Below, one piece after another: positions 19,647 through 29,081 of a stretch of DNA of 48,620 nt; position 1 is the first letter of the stretch, and every line of letters begins with the position of its first letter. The position numbers were made by a program, and so were the translations under genes. The DNA is from Chthoniobacteraceae bacterium (GTDB lineage: Bacteria > Verrucomicrobiota > Verrucomicrobiia > Chthoniobacterales > Chthoniobacteraceae). The notes under the pieces were generated by a model. That model worked only from the letters and a program-made list of their open reading frames with translations, had not been told where the DNA came from and made no database searches. The stretch spans positions 1-48,620 of the forward strand of contig JANNXQ010000025.1 of NCBI GenBank assembly GCA_031409655.1, given 5' to 3'.

Positions 19647-19719
19647 GTCTGGGCACGGAAGCGAGCAGGGAAAGCGACCCGCCACCCGGCGTGCTCCACG
19701 CCGGATTGCTGAGCCCTCT

Positions 19720-20552
19720 CTTTTCGATCTCCCAGCGCAGCCGGTAGAGATGCGCAATGACGCCCGGCGGCAAGGTGCATTCGCCGGTCAGGAAGCTAAA
19801 CTCCTCGCCGCGCAACCCGCAGTGGTAACGCACCCGCCGCACACTCACGCCTTGGCTGGTCGCCACCAGTTCATTGGAGAGCACGCCTACGTTACGCGGG
19901 TCGGCCCGGTCCCAGCGGTTTTCGCCGAGGCCCTCCAGCTTCATGTTCTCCTTTTGCCAGCGCCCGCCGGCGCTGCCCTGCGGGCAAAGGCTCCGCCCTT
20001 TGGCTATCTCGCTCCGCTCGGTTCCCGGCTCAAAAAGGAGCGCCCGCCCGAGTGCTTCCAATCGTGCCACTCTTGAAAGTCGATCCCCGCCCGATCCCAG
20101 ACATAGAGAACCATGCGACCCTTGCCGGCCCCCTGGCGCAGTTCATGCGCGGCCCCGGCGTGAAAGTGGCCGTCGCCCGCGTGGATCTCAAAGCCCGCCA
20201 ACTCCGGCCCGCCACCCCAGAAGTCCGCCCCCAACGCCGGCAGGTTGCGCGCCAGCCCGCGGGAGACCTCGGCGATCAAAGCCAGCCGGCGGTCACTTTT
20301 GAGGGTCGCAAAGAAATTGCTCGTCGTCGGGGGCTCCAGACTGGCCGCGCTCAGATGCTGGAGAAAGGCTCGGCCACTGGGCCGCTCTTCCAAAGCGCCG
20401 CGCACTCCGAGGAGCGGCCACTGGTCATCGGAAAGTTCCGCGCAGACCCGCGCCGACGGGGCTTGGCCGAGATGGGTGCGCGCCGGGGCAAAGAAACATT
20501 CGGCAAAGTTCGGGGTGCGGATAGCGGGCTGGGTAGGACGAGGAAGAGACAT
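19720..20552 (-). pseudogene. IS4-family DDE transposase remnant (frameshifted, 3'-truncated)
   Basis: One frame gives AGDGH...VLYVWDRAGIDF...FLSRE; a second frame gives KENMK...FSFLT...IAHLYRLRWEIEK (IS4 YxxRWxIE signature). Transposase-like sequence stops right after that motif. Confidence 0.85.
19954..20021. repeat. 68-bp multi-hairpin insertion inside the IS4 remnant
   Basis: Separates SRE from KENMK and shifts the frame. On the minus strand it contains CAAAGG/CCTTTG, GCCC/GGGC and CAGCGCC/GGCGCTG stems. Confidence 0.6.
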
Positions 20553-20669
20553 GAAAATTTTCGCCGATTTTTCACCCTTCAGGTCAAGGGCTATTGCGCG
20601 GAAACTCTGCTCTTTCCTTGCTGCGCGACCCCGGAATGTCCGCGCGACCCCAGCCGTCATGAGCCTCGC

Positions 20670-20793
20670 CTCATACCATATCCCGAAGACAATCGGACTG
20701 TTCTCCTCCCCCTCGTCCTCCTACTCCTACTCCTACTCGGCACGTTTCGAGTAGGAGAACGAGGGTCCGTTTTATTTCACGAGATGGTATCAG
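20670..20793. mobile_element. MITE-like element copy 2 (124 bp), inverted relative to copy 1
   Basis: Starts CTCATACCATATCCCGAAGACAATCGGAC and ends GTCCGTTTTATTTCACGAGATGGTATCAG; interior is a CTCCTA/CTCGTC hexamer palindrome. Confidence 0.8.
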
Positions 20794-20861
20794 TCCTCCC
20801 AGTTCCCGTGCACACCTAACCATGCCTCATTTTTTCACGGAACTTTGGACACCGTTGATGT

Positions 20862-21008
20862 GCCTCCTTTCCCACTGCCGTGAACACCGCGCTCCTCGCG
20901 CACGAATTCAAAGCCGACTCCCACTTCGCAGCGGCGGCCGTTTTCTACAGCACTGTAGCCAGCCTGGTCACCGTGACCCTGCTGATCGCGCTCGTCCGAA
21001 TCGTGTGA
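20862..21008 (+). pseudogene. C-terminal fragment of an AEC-family (auxin efflux carrier/malate permease-like) transporter
   Basis: Translates ASFPTAVNTALLAHEFKADSHFAAAAVFYSTVASLVTVTLLIALVRIV*. In-frame TGA at 20856-20858 and no start codon for a full gene. Confidence 0.75.
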
Positions 21009-21279
21009 CGGGACGTTGAATGACGGCCCGGCGGCCGCGGTGCGGGCGGCCGCTCCGACGGGGATTGAGCTTGCCATGAGCTTCGGTTTCCAAGCATCCT
21101 CCGAGTCCCCCGCGCGGCATTCGTTATTGTTGCGCCGCCAGTCCCATGAACTCTCATCTCTCCGCGCCACTTCGGCGGGACGGATATCCTCCGGGGGGAT
21201 CCTTTCTTTCGGGCTCGAGCCTCCGCACCGAGCCGTCCACCCACTGCAGCCGACTCGCTGCACCAGCCCACCCAGATCC

Positions 21280-24200
21280 ATGAAAGCATCTCCCACATCC
21301 CTCCAGCGCAGCCGCGTTTTTCGTTTCGTCGCACCGCTCGCCGCCGTTGCCGTGGCCTTCGCGGCACCGGTCGAGACTCGCGCGCAGGAAGTCTTCTTCC
21401 CGACCCATCTCCTCCAGCCGCCGGAAGGCATGTATGTGAATACGGCACAGCCTTTCGCCCAGTATTTCAATGGCACCATCGTCAAGGACGTGAGCGTCCG
21501 GAGTTTTTCGGATAGCGTGGCGCCGCCGGCTCTCGGGGCGGCGGCTCAACTCCGCACCTTCGGCGCTGAGCTGCGGATGCTGATCTCTTCCGATGGCGGC
21601 GCGACGTTCCAACCCGCGACCACGCCAGCCACGGTCACGACGAGGACTCTGGCCGTGGCGGTTCCGGCCGGCGCTCCGGCGCGTTACGAGACGGAAATGC
21701 TCCAGCTCGACATCTCGGGCGGGACGCTGCCGGCAGGCGTGATGGTGCGTGAAAGTCCCACGCGCGCATCCACGGGCCGGACGAACATCCGGACGGTCAG
21801 TGGTGGTTTCACGATCGCGAGTTTCTTCGACGTCTTCACCGACCTGACTTTTGACGGCGGGCAAACGTGGAGCCCGGCACAAGCGGCGGGGCGCCTCGAG
21901 TTGCGCGGCGATCCGACGAAGACCGCGCCGATCAAGACCTCAACGCGGCTGCTGCCGCCGCCGAACGATCTCTATGTGAGCCCGGCGCAGTTCCATGTGC
22001 TCTTCGCGCAGGGCATCGTCATTCGCGATGTGCGGCATCGGTTCTTCACCCAATCGCTGCCGCCGCCGCCGCAGGGCGGGCCGCCGCAGGTGCATACTTT
22101 CAATTCGCAGGTCGATATGGAGGTGTCGTTTGATGGCGGGGTTGCCTTCCAGCAGATGCGCGCGCCGGCGGCGGTGACGGTCCAGGTCTCACCGCGGGCG
22201 AACTGGGATGGCACGGACGTTTACGACACGGAAATGCTGGCGCTGAATCTCCAGGGTGGCGACCTGCCTCCGACGGTGATGCTGCGCGAGAGCCCGACCA
22301 GGCAATCGCTCGGCGGCACGGCGATCGCCCAGCCGCCGATCGGCGATCCGGATTTCGATCTGCTGCGGATCGGCAGCTTCTTCGACATCTTCACCGAGAT
22401 CAGTCTCGATGGCGGGCTAAACTGGTCGCCGGCGACCAGCGCTGCACACGTGGTGCTCGAGTGCAACGCGCCGGAAGTAACCGAGACCTCGCCGAATCTG
22501 CCGCCGCCGGGCGACGAATATCTGAGCCCAGCGGATTATCATGCGGCCTTCGCGGCGGGTATCATCATCAAGGACATCAAGCACGATCGCTTCACGCAAT
22601 CGCTGCCGCCGCCGCCTCCGGGCGGCTCGCAGATTCACAATTTCCAGTCGCACGTGCAGTTCCGGATTTCGCAGGATGGCGGAGTCACGTTCCAGCCGGG
22701 GCGCGCACCGGCGCAGTGTGTGGCCCAGGTGTCCAGCAGCGTGGACGCTGGCGGCACGCGTTTCTTCGACACGGAGATGCTGGATCTGAGCATCTCCGGC
22801 GGCACGCTGCCGGCCGGGGTGATGCTGCGCGAGAGTCCGAGCAAGGCGTCGCTTGGCCGCACCAGCATCCGGCAAACGACCACCGGCGGTTTTGAGGTCG
22901 CGAGCTTCTTCGACATCTTCGTCGAGTTGACCGTGGACGGCGGCGTGACGTGGCAGCCCACGACGAGCGGTCCGACGGAAGTGGTGCTCCAGAAGCCGCC
23001 GGTCCCGCACTTCTTCACCTCGAATGCGCTGCCGCCGCAGCCGGGCGTCTATGTGAGCCCGGCGGATTTTCACGCGGCGTATGCGAATGGGATCATCCTT
23101 CGGAATGTGAGCCACAAGCGCTTCACGCAGAGTCTGCCGCCGCCGCCGCCGGGCAGCACGCAGGTGCATAACTTCGGCTCGACCGTGGAGATGGATGTCT
23201 CCTCGGATGGCGGGCTCACCTTCCAGCACGTCTCGGCGCCGGCGAGCGTGACCGCGCGCGTGACCGGGTTTGGGAATAACCCGGACAACCTTTGTTTCTA
23301 CGACACCGAAATGCTGGCCCTGAACATCTCGGGCGGGAGTCTGCCGACCGGCGTCATGGTGCGCGAAAGCCCCAGCAAGGCATCGCTCGGCCGGACGACC
23401 ATCGAGCCCGTGGGCGGTGGCTACATGATCGACAGCTTCTTCGACATCTTCACCGAGGTCAGCCTCGACGGTGGCCAGAATTGGTCGCCCGCTGCGGAGG
23501 CGGCGCATGTGGAATTGACGGTCGATCCGACGCTCATCACGCCGATCAAGGCACCGACGAACTTGTTGCCGCCGCCGAACGATCTCTACATCTCGCCGGC
23601 GCTCTTCCACGTCCTCTTTGCCCAAGGCATCGTCATCCGCGACGTGAAGCACCGCTTCTTCACCGGATCGCTGCCCCCGCCTCCGCTCGGCCAGAGCCAG
23701 GTCCACACCTTCGGCTCTCAGGTCGATATGGAGGTCTCCATCGACGGTGGGCAAACCTTCCGACCCACCCGCGCTCCGGCAGCCGTGACCGTGCGTCTGG
23801 CGCACACGCGCGACGAAGGCACCACGCAAATCTTCGACACGGAGATGCTGCAACTCGACATCCAGGGCGGCGACCTGCCACTCGGGGTGATGCTGCGCGA
23901 AAGCCCGACGCGGCGTTCGCTGGGCGGCACCGCGATGGCCCAGGCGGCGATCGGCGATCCTGATTTCGACTTGCTGCGCATCGGCAGCTTCTTCGACATC
24001 TTCACGGAGATCAGCCTCGATGGCGGCCAAAACTGGTCACCGGCGGTCAGCGCTCCGGCTCACGTCGAGTTGATTTGCAACGCGCCGGAAGTCGTCGAGC
24101 CGACGCCGAACCTGCCGCCGATCGGCGACCAGTATGTGGACCGGGAGGATTTCCATGCGGCCTTTGCCTCGGGCATCATCCTCAAAGACGTCTCGTATGA

Positions 24201-26598
24201 TCGCTTCACGCAATCCATGCCGCCGCCGCCGCCGGGAGCCTCGCAGATCCACTCGTTCCAGTTGCGGGCGCAGTTCCGGATTTCGCAGGATGGCGGAGTC
24301 AAGTTCAATCCGGGATCGGCGCCGGCTTTTGCCGTGGTCCAGGTGACGAGCAGCACGGATGCGGGCAGCACGCGCTTCTTTGACACGGAGATGCTGTCCT
24401 TGGAAATCCAAGGCGGCTCGCTGCCGCTCGGAGTGATGGTGCGCGAAAGCCCATCCAAGGCCTCGCTCGGCCGCACCAGCATCCGCATGGTCACCGACTC
24501 TTCGGGAGTGATCTGGGATTACATCAGCAGCTTCTTCGACATCTTCGTCGAAATGAGCGTGAACGGTGGTGCCACCTGGGATCCATCGGTGAGCGGCCCG
24601 GCGGAAGTCGTCCTCGCCAAGTCGCCGAAGCCGCACTTCTTCACCACGAATGTGCTGCCGCCGGGGAATGGCGTTTACGTCAGCCCGGCGGATTTCCACG
24701 CCGCCTACGCAAACGGCATCATCATCAAAAATGTGAGCCACAATCGGTTCACCCAGGGCCTGCCGCCGCCGCCTCCGGGTGGCACGCAGGTGCATAACTT
24801 CGGCTCGACGGTGCATATGGATGTCTCGATCGACGGCGGCGCGACCTTCCAGCACGTCTCGGCTCCAGCCAGCGTGAGCGCGCGCGTGACCAGCTTTGGC
24901 AATAACCCGGACAACCTGTGTTTTTACGACACCGAAATGCTGGCGCTGAACATTTCCGGCGGCGGTCTGCCGCCCAACGTCATGGTGCGCGAAAGTCCCA
25001 CCAAAGCCTCGCTCGGACGAACCAGCATCGAGCCCGTGGGCGGTGGCTACATGATCGACAGCTTCTTCGACATCTTCACCGAGATCAGCCTAGACGGCGG
25101 CCAGAGTTGGTCGCCGTCCGCCGAGCCGGGCCACGTCGAACTTGCAGTCGATCCCACCTTGATCCCACCAGTCCCGGCACCGACCACGCTGCTGCCGCCG
25201 CCGAACGATTTCTACGTTTCGCCGGCGCTCTTCTACGCGTTGTTCGCCCAAGGCATCGTCATCCGCGACGTGAAGCATCACTTCTTCACCGCCTCGCTCC
25301 CCGCGCCGCCGCTCGGCCAGAGCAGGGTCCACACCTGCGATGCCGTGATGGACATGGAAATTTCCATCGACGGCGGGCAGACCTTCCGCCCCTCGCGCGC
25401 CCCGACGGCGATGACCATGCGGGTGACCCACACCCGCGACGAAGGCACCACCCAGATCTTCGACACCGAGATGCTGCAACTCGACGTCCATGGCGGCGAC
25501 CTGCCACTTGGAGTGATGCTGCGCGAAAGCCCGACGCGGAAATCGCAAGGCGGCACCGCGATCACCGCGAATACCGACGGCACCCAGCGCATCGGCAGCT
25601 TCTTCGACATCTTCACCGAGCTGAGCCTGGACGGCGGCCAGAACTGGACGCCCGCCAGCGGACCGTCCCACATCGAGCTGCAATGCAACGCGCCCGAGCT
25701 GGTCGAGACCTCGCCAAACCTCCCCCCGCTGCTCGATGAATACGTCAGCGTGGAGGAATTCGATGGCGCCTTCGCCGTGGGAGTCATCGTCCAGGACGTG
25801 AAGTACGACCGCTTCACGCAATCGACTCCGCCGCCTCCTCCGGGTGGATCGCAGATTCATCAGTTTGAATCGCGGGTGCGGTTCATGATTTCCCAAAACA
25901 ACGGCCAGACGTTCACTCCGGGCCTGGCGTTTGCCGATGTCATCGTGCGTGTGACCAGTTCGCAGGACCAGGAAACCACGCGCTACTTCGACACCGAGAT
26001 GCTCTCCTTGAACATCCACGGCGGCTCCCTGCCGACCACCGTGATGCTGCGCGAGAGTCCGAGCAAAGCCTCGCTCGGCCGCACCAGCGTGCGCACCGTG
26101 GCGTCCGGCTACCGCACCAGCAGCTTCTTCGACATCTTCACCGAGATCAGCGTCGACGGCGGCCAGAACTGGTCGCCTTCCGTCAGCGGCCCGGTGGAAA
26201 TGAATCTGCGCGACCCCGACACCGACGACGACGGACTCGAGGACGCCTGGGAACTCGCCTTCTTCGGCAATCTCACAAAAGGCCCGAACGAAGACACCGA
26301 CGGCGATGGCGCGACCAACCTCGCCGAATTGCTCGCCGGGACCGTTCCGACCAACCCGGCAAGCGTGCTGCGTGCGCGAGTTTCCCAGAACGGCAACAAT
26401 CTGCTTCTCGGATTCCCGAGCGTGCTGGGTCACAAGTACTCGATCGAGTGCAAGAGGGATCTCGGATCACCCATCGAACAGTGGGTGCCAGTAGTCACCA
26501 ACATCGAAGGCGACGGCACCGTCGCCGCGATCATCCTCTTGGACGTGTTGCTCTTCCCGAGGCGCTTCTATCGCGTGGTGGTGCAACCGTCACCGTAA
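21280..26598 (+). CDS. Large secreted repeat protein (1772 aa): nine ~180-aa Asp-box-containing domains as (ABC)x3, DxDxDG motifs, RFYR C-terminal domain
   Basis: Signal peptide ends ETRA-Q. Nine (D/E)TEML...RESP...SFFD(I/V)F...GGxxW units; period 1626 bp between 23005 and 24631. DTDDDGLEDAWE, DTDGDGATNLAE, RRFYRVVV. Confidence 0.9.
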   Translation: MKASPTSLQRSRVFRFVAPLAAVAVAFAAPVETRAQEVFFPTHLLQPPEGMYVNTAQPFAQYFNGTIVKDVSVRSFSDSVAPPALGAAAQLRTFGAELRMLISSDGGATFQPATTPATVTTRTLAVAVPAGAPARYETEMLQLDISGGTLPAGVMVRESPTRASTGRTNIRTVSGGFTIASFFDVFTDLTFDGGQTWSPAQAAGRLELRGDPTKTAPIKTSTRLLPPPNDLYVSPAQFHVLFAQGIVIRDVRHRFFTQSLPPPPQGGPPQVHTFNSQVDMEVSFDGGVAFQQMRAPAAVTVQVSPRANWDGTDVYDTEMLALNLQGGDLPPTVMLRESPTRQSLGGTAIAQPPIGDPDFDLLRIGSFFDIFTEISLDGGLNWSPATSAAHVVLECNAPEVTETSPNLPPPGDEYLSPADYHAAFAAGIIIKDIKHDRFTQSLPPPPPGGSQIHNFQSHVQFRISQDGGVTFQPGRAPAQCVAQVSSSVDAGGTRFFDTEMLDLSISGGTLPAGVMLRESPSKASLGRTSIRQTTTGGFEVASFFDIFVELTVDGGVTWQPTTSGPTEVVLQKPPVPHFFTSNALPPQPGVYVSPADFHAAYANGIILRNVSHKRFTQSLPPPPPGSTQVHNFGSTVEMDVSSDGGLTFQHVSAPASVTARVTGFGNNPDNLCFYDTEMLALNISGGSLPTGVMVRESPSKASLGRTTIEPVGGGYMIDSFFDIFTEVSLDGGQNWSPAAEAAHVELTVDPTLITPIKAPTNLLPPPNDLYISPALFHVLFAQGIVIRDVKHRFFTGSLPPPPLGQSQVHTFGSQVDMEVSIDGGQTFRPTRAPAAVTVRLAHTRDEGTTQIFDTEMLQLDIQGGDLPLGVMLRESPTRRSLGGTAMAQAAIGDPDFDLLRIGSFFDIFTEISLDGGQNWSPAVSAPAHVELICNAPEVVEPTPNLPPIGDQYVDREDFHAAFASGIILKDVSYDRFTQSMPPPPPGASQIHSFQLRAQFRISQDGGVKFNPGSAPAFAVVQVTSSTDAGSTRFFDTEMLSLEIQGGSLPLGVMVRESPSKASLGRTSIRMVTDSSGVIWDYISSFFDIFVEMSVNGGATWDPSVSGPAEVVLAKSPKPHFFTTNVLPPGNGVYVSPADFHAAYANGIIIKNVSHNRFTQGLPPPPPGGTQVHNFGSTVHMDVSIDGGATFQHVSAPASVSARVTSFGNNPDNLCFYDTEMLALNISGGGLPPNVMVRESPTKASLGRTSIEPVGGGYMIDSFFDIFTEISLDGGQSWSPSAEPGHVELAVDPTLIPPVPAPTTLLPPPNDFYVSPALFYALFAQGIVIRDVKHHFFTASLPAPPLGQSRVHTCDAVMDMEISIDGGQTFRPSRAPTAMTMRVTHTRDEGTTQIFDTEMLQLDVHGGDLPLGVMLRESPTRKSQGGTAITANTDGTQRIGSFFDIFTELSLDGGQNWTPASGPSHIELQCNAPELVETSPNLPPLLDEYVSVEEFDGAFAVGVIVQDVKYDRFTQSTPPPPPGGSQIHQFESRVRFMISQNNGQTFTPGLAFADVIVRVTSSQDQETTRYFDTEMLSLNIHGGSLPTTVMLRESPSKASLGRTSVRTVASGYRTSSFFDIFTEISVDGGQNWSPSVSGPVEMNLRDPDTDDDGLEDAWELAFFGNLTKGPNEDTDGDGATNLAELLAGTVPTNPASVLRARVSQNGNNLLLGFPSVLGHKYSIECKRDLGSPIEQWVPVVTNIEGDGTVAAIILLDVLLFPRRFYRVVVQPSP

Positions 26599-26719
26599 CC
26601 GCTCCATTCTGCCGCTGGCGCGAACCGATTCCGCCGTTCCGGTGTTCTGCGAAAAGGGACAGGTCATTTATTGAAAGGAAGCATCGACGCGTAGCTTTGG
26701 GCGCAGATCGGGTGCCGCC

Positions 26720-26899
26720 GTGCGCCGGCCTCGCTTCAAAGCTCCCCCAGAGCGTCCGCTCGCCTATGACCACTGCATCTCCCGCCTCGTGGATCGGCAG
26801 TTTGTCCTTGGGCCACAGGAAAAAGAGCAGTTTATCGAGTTCATGCGGCTCTGCGCCCTCTTTTGCGGCGTGCGCTTGGTGACCTACTGCGTGATGAGC
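26720..26899 (+). pseudogene. N-terminal remnant of a REP-associated/IS200-like HUH tyrosine transposase
   Basis: MRRPRFKAP...YDHCISRLVDRQFVLG...EKEQF...FCGVRLVTYCVMS breaks off exactly where NHxH is expected. Upstream AAAAGGGACAGGTCATTTATT (26652-26672) is REP-like. Confidence 0.7.
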
Positions 26900-26981
26900 G
26901 TGCGGCGTTGGCGGGAGAAGGTGCTGGGGACGCGGGCAACGCGTCCAAGTGGGCCTGCGGGCCGGGAGCGACGTGCCTTTG

Positions 26982-27821
26982 TTACCTCAGCGTCTCGAGA
27001 TATTTCAGGCTCACCGGGATTTGTTCTTCCACGGTGGGCGATTCGTCCTCGATGAAATAGTGGCGCACGCCGCTCTTGGACGCGGCGCGGAGGACGGCGG
27101 GCCAATCGACCTGGCCGGTGCCGATGGCGACGTCGTCCTTCAGATCTGCCTTGCCGGTATAGACGCCCGTCCGCGCGCCTTTGCGGAGGTCCTTGACGTG
27201 CATGAAAAGCCAGCGGCCCGGATACTTTTCGAGGAGCTTCACTGGGTCCGCGCCGGGATACACCACCCAGAAGACATCCATCTCGAAGCTCACCAGGTCG
27301 GGCTTGGTCTCCTTCGCGAGCAGATCGAAGAATGTCTCGCTCGCTCCCTCCGTCACGGGACGGAATTCGTAGCCGTGGACATGGTAGTAGAACTGAATGC
27401 CCTCCTTCTTAAAGGCCTCGGCAAACTGGTGAAAGTCCGCCGCCGCGCGCTTCACGTCGGCTCCACTGAAGTTGCCAACCTCGTGCGGAATCCAAGCCAC
27501 GCCCGCGTATTTCAGCCCGAAGGTCTTGGCCATCGCGATGGCCGGGGCGATGTCCTTTTTCAGCGCGTCGTACGAGAAGTGCCCGCTGATCGCTGTGATC
27601 CCGCGGTCGGCGAGCATCTGTTTCACCTGCTCGGGTTCGCCCGGCATGCCGCTGTAGAGTTCCGCCGTCGCAAAGCCCAGAGCCTTTACTTTGTCGAGAG
27701 TGCCGGGCACGTCCTTTTTAAAGGACTCGCGCAAGCTGTAGAGCTGGAGCCCGAGGGGTCCGGTGAAGTCGCCGGCGAAGGCCGAGACGGTGCAGAGGAG
27801 AAAGGGGAGGAGGCGTTTCAT
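26982..27821 (-). CDS. Exported sugar-phosphate isomerase/epimerase (xylose-isomerase-like TIM barrel)
   Basis: Signal peptide MKRLLPFLLCTVSAFA; GLQLYSLR, YHVHGYEF, FEMDVFW, MHVKD, GTGQVDW, YFIEDE. Confidence 0.9.
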   Translation of the reverse strand: MKRLLPFLLCTVSAFAGDFTGPLGLQLYSLRESFKKDVPGTLDKVKALGFATAELYSGMPGEPEQVKQMLADRGITAISGHFSYDALKKDIAPAIAMAKTFGLKYAGVAWIPHEVGNFSGADVKRAAADFHQFAEAFKKEGIQFYYHVHGYEFRPVTEGASETFFDLLAKETKPDLVSFEMDVFWVVYPGADPVKLLEKYPGRWLFMHVKDLRKGARTGVYTGKADLKDDVAIGTGQVDWPAVLRAASKSGVRHYFIEDESPTVEEQIPVSLKYLETLR

Positions 27822-27924
27822 GCGCTCCCATTTAGCGGATTGTGCGGCGAGGAAAATCGAAAACCGTCGGCGCGCGGTCGGCGTCCTCCGCGTGCAGTGG
27901 CGGCACTCCGCGCGCGGAGGCGTT

Positions 27925-28209
27925 TCAGCCGTGGCCCGATACACGATCCGCGAAATTCAGCGCCGCCTGCGAATTTGGGAACCACAGCCGCCAGCCTGTC
28001 GCTGGGAGTTTCAGCGTATAGCCCCGCACTCGCACGCAGGGCTGGACGTCGAAGAGACCCCGCACCCGCCGCTTCCCACGCCGCTCCAAGGCTTCTTTGG
28101 CGCGCGTCGCATACTCCGTCGCCGCCTCCGTGGCGTCGATCGTTTCACTCTCACAAGCCGCTCGCGCGGTTCTCTCGGTCTGGGTCTCGGTTCTCATGAT
28201 GTCGGTCAT
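27925..28209 (-). CDS. Hypothetical protein (~94 aa)
   Basis: ATG at 28209 preceded by an A-rich tract; fills the gap between neighbours; plausible folded C-terminal part (GYTLKLPATGWRLWFPN). Confidence 0.5.
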   Translation of the reverse strand: MTDIMRTETQTERTARAACESETIDATEAATEYATRAKEALERRGKRRVRGLFDVQPCVRVRGYTLKLPATGWRLWFPNSQAALNFADRVSGHG

Positions 28210-28393
28210 TTTATGGAAGTCCGGGGAGAACAAAGATCGCTGGCGCGCGGCGGTCGGATTAGTCCGACGGCCGCATCGCCCTCGATGATAGACGCAGGAA
28301 GTGACGGAAAGTTGCGTCACTATCTCGCGGCATGTCGGCCGGGCGCGGTAGCAATTGCCAGGCCGGGGTCCTCTCGGCCAGAGTCCGGGCGCG

Positions 28394-29047
28394 ATGAAAA
28401 CCGTCCTTTGCTTTGGTGATTCCAATACCTGGGGCTACGACCCCGAGGCCTCCGCTTCGTCGCCTTTCCCGCTCCGGCATCCGCCGGAAGTGCGCTGGAC
28501 CGGGGTGCTCGCCCGCGAGCTCGGCGCTGGGTGGCGGGTGATCGAGGAGGGGCAAAACGGACGCACCACGGTCTTCGACGATCCCACGAATCCACATCGC
28601 ATCGGCCGCGACTATCTGCCTGCTGCCTTGGAAAGCCATAAGCCGCTCGATGTCGTGGTGCTCATGCTCGGCACGAATGATCTGAAAGCCGTCTTCTCCG
28701 TGCCGGTCGGCCAGATCGCGGAATGTGTGGCCGTGCTCGCAAAGATCATCCTCGCGAGCGACGCGGGTCCCGGATCTCGCCCGCCGAGGCTTCTGCTCGT
28801 CGCCCCACCCGGGGTCGGCAGTTTCGCTCACCTCCCGGATCTGGAGGAAAAGCTCGCCGGGGCCGAGGCGAAGGCGCGGCGTTTCCCCGAACTCTACCGC
28901 CGCGTCGCGGAGACGCTTGGCTGCACCTTCCTCGATGCGCAGGCTTTCACTGAGCCAAGCCCCGTGGATGGCATCCACCTCGACGCCACGAGCCACACCG
29001 CGCTCGGTCGAGCCATCGCCGCGGCGCTCGTGAAGTCGCAGGGCTGA
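28394..29047 (+). CDS. SGNH/GDSL hydrolase (arylesterase-like)
   Basis: Blocks FGDSNTWG, EEGQNGRT, MLGTND and DGIH. Confidence 0.93.
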   Translation: MKTVLCFGDSNTWGYDPEASASSPFPLRHPPEVRWTGVLARELGAGWRVIEEGQNGRTTVFDDPTNPHRIGRDYLPAALESHKPLDVVVLMLGTNDLKAVFSVPVGQIAECVAVLAKIILASDAGPGSRPPRLLLVAPPGVGSFAHLPDLEEKLAGAEAKARRFPELYRRVAETLGCTFLDAQAFTEPSPVDGIHLDATSHTALGRAIAAALVKSQG

Positions 29048-29081
29048 CCCGGACGCTCGCTGGCTTGCCCCCCCGTTTCGG

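Noticed and set aside
21010..21279. Riboswitch upstream of the nine-repeat gene, or N-terminal extension from 21016
   Set aside because: Only short GC stems and no recognisable aptamer consensus; the signal peptide places the start at 21280.
21400..26200. Recurring AGCTTCTTCGACATCTTCACCGAG as a CRISPR array or DGR template/variable repeats
   Set aside because: Spacing is ~540 bp within one ORF, changes are mostly at third codon positions rather than adenine-specific, and there is no cas or reverse transcriptase gene.
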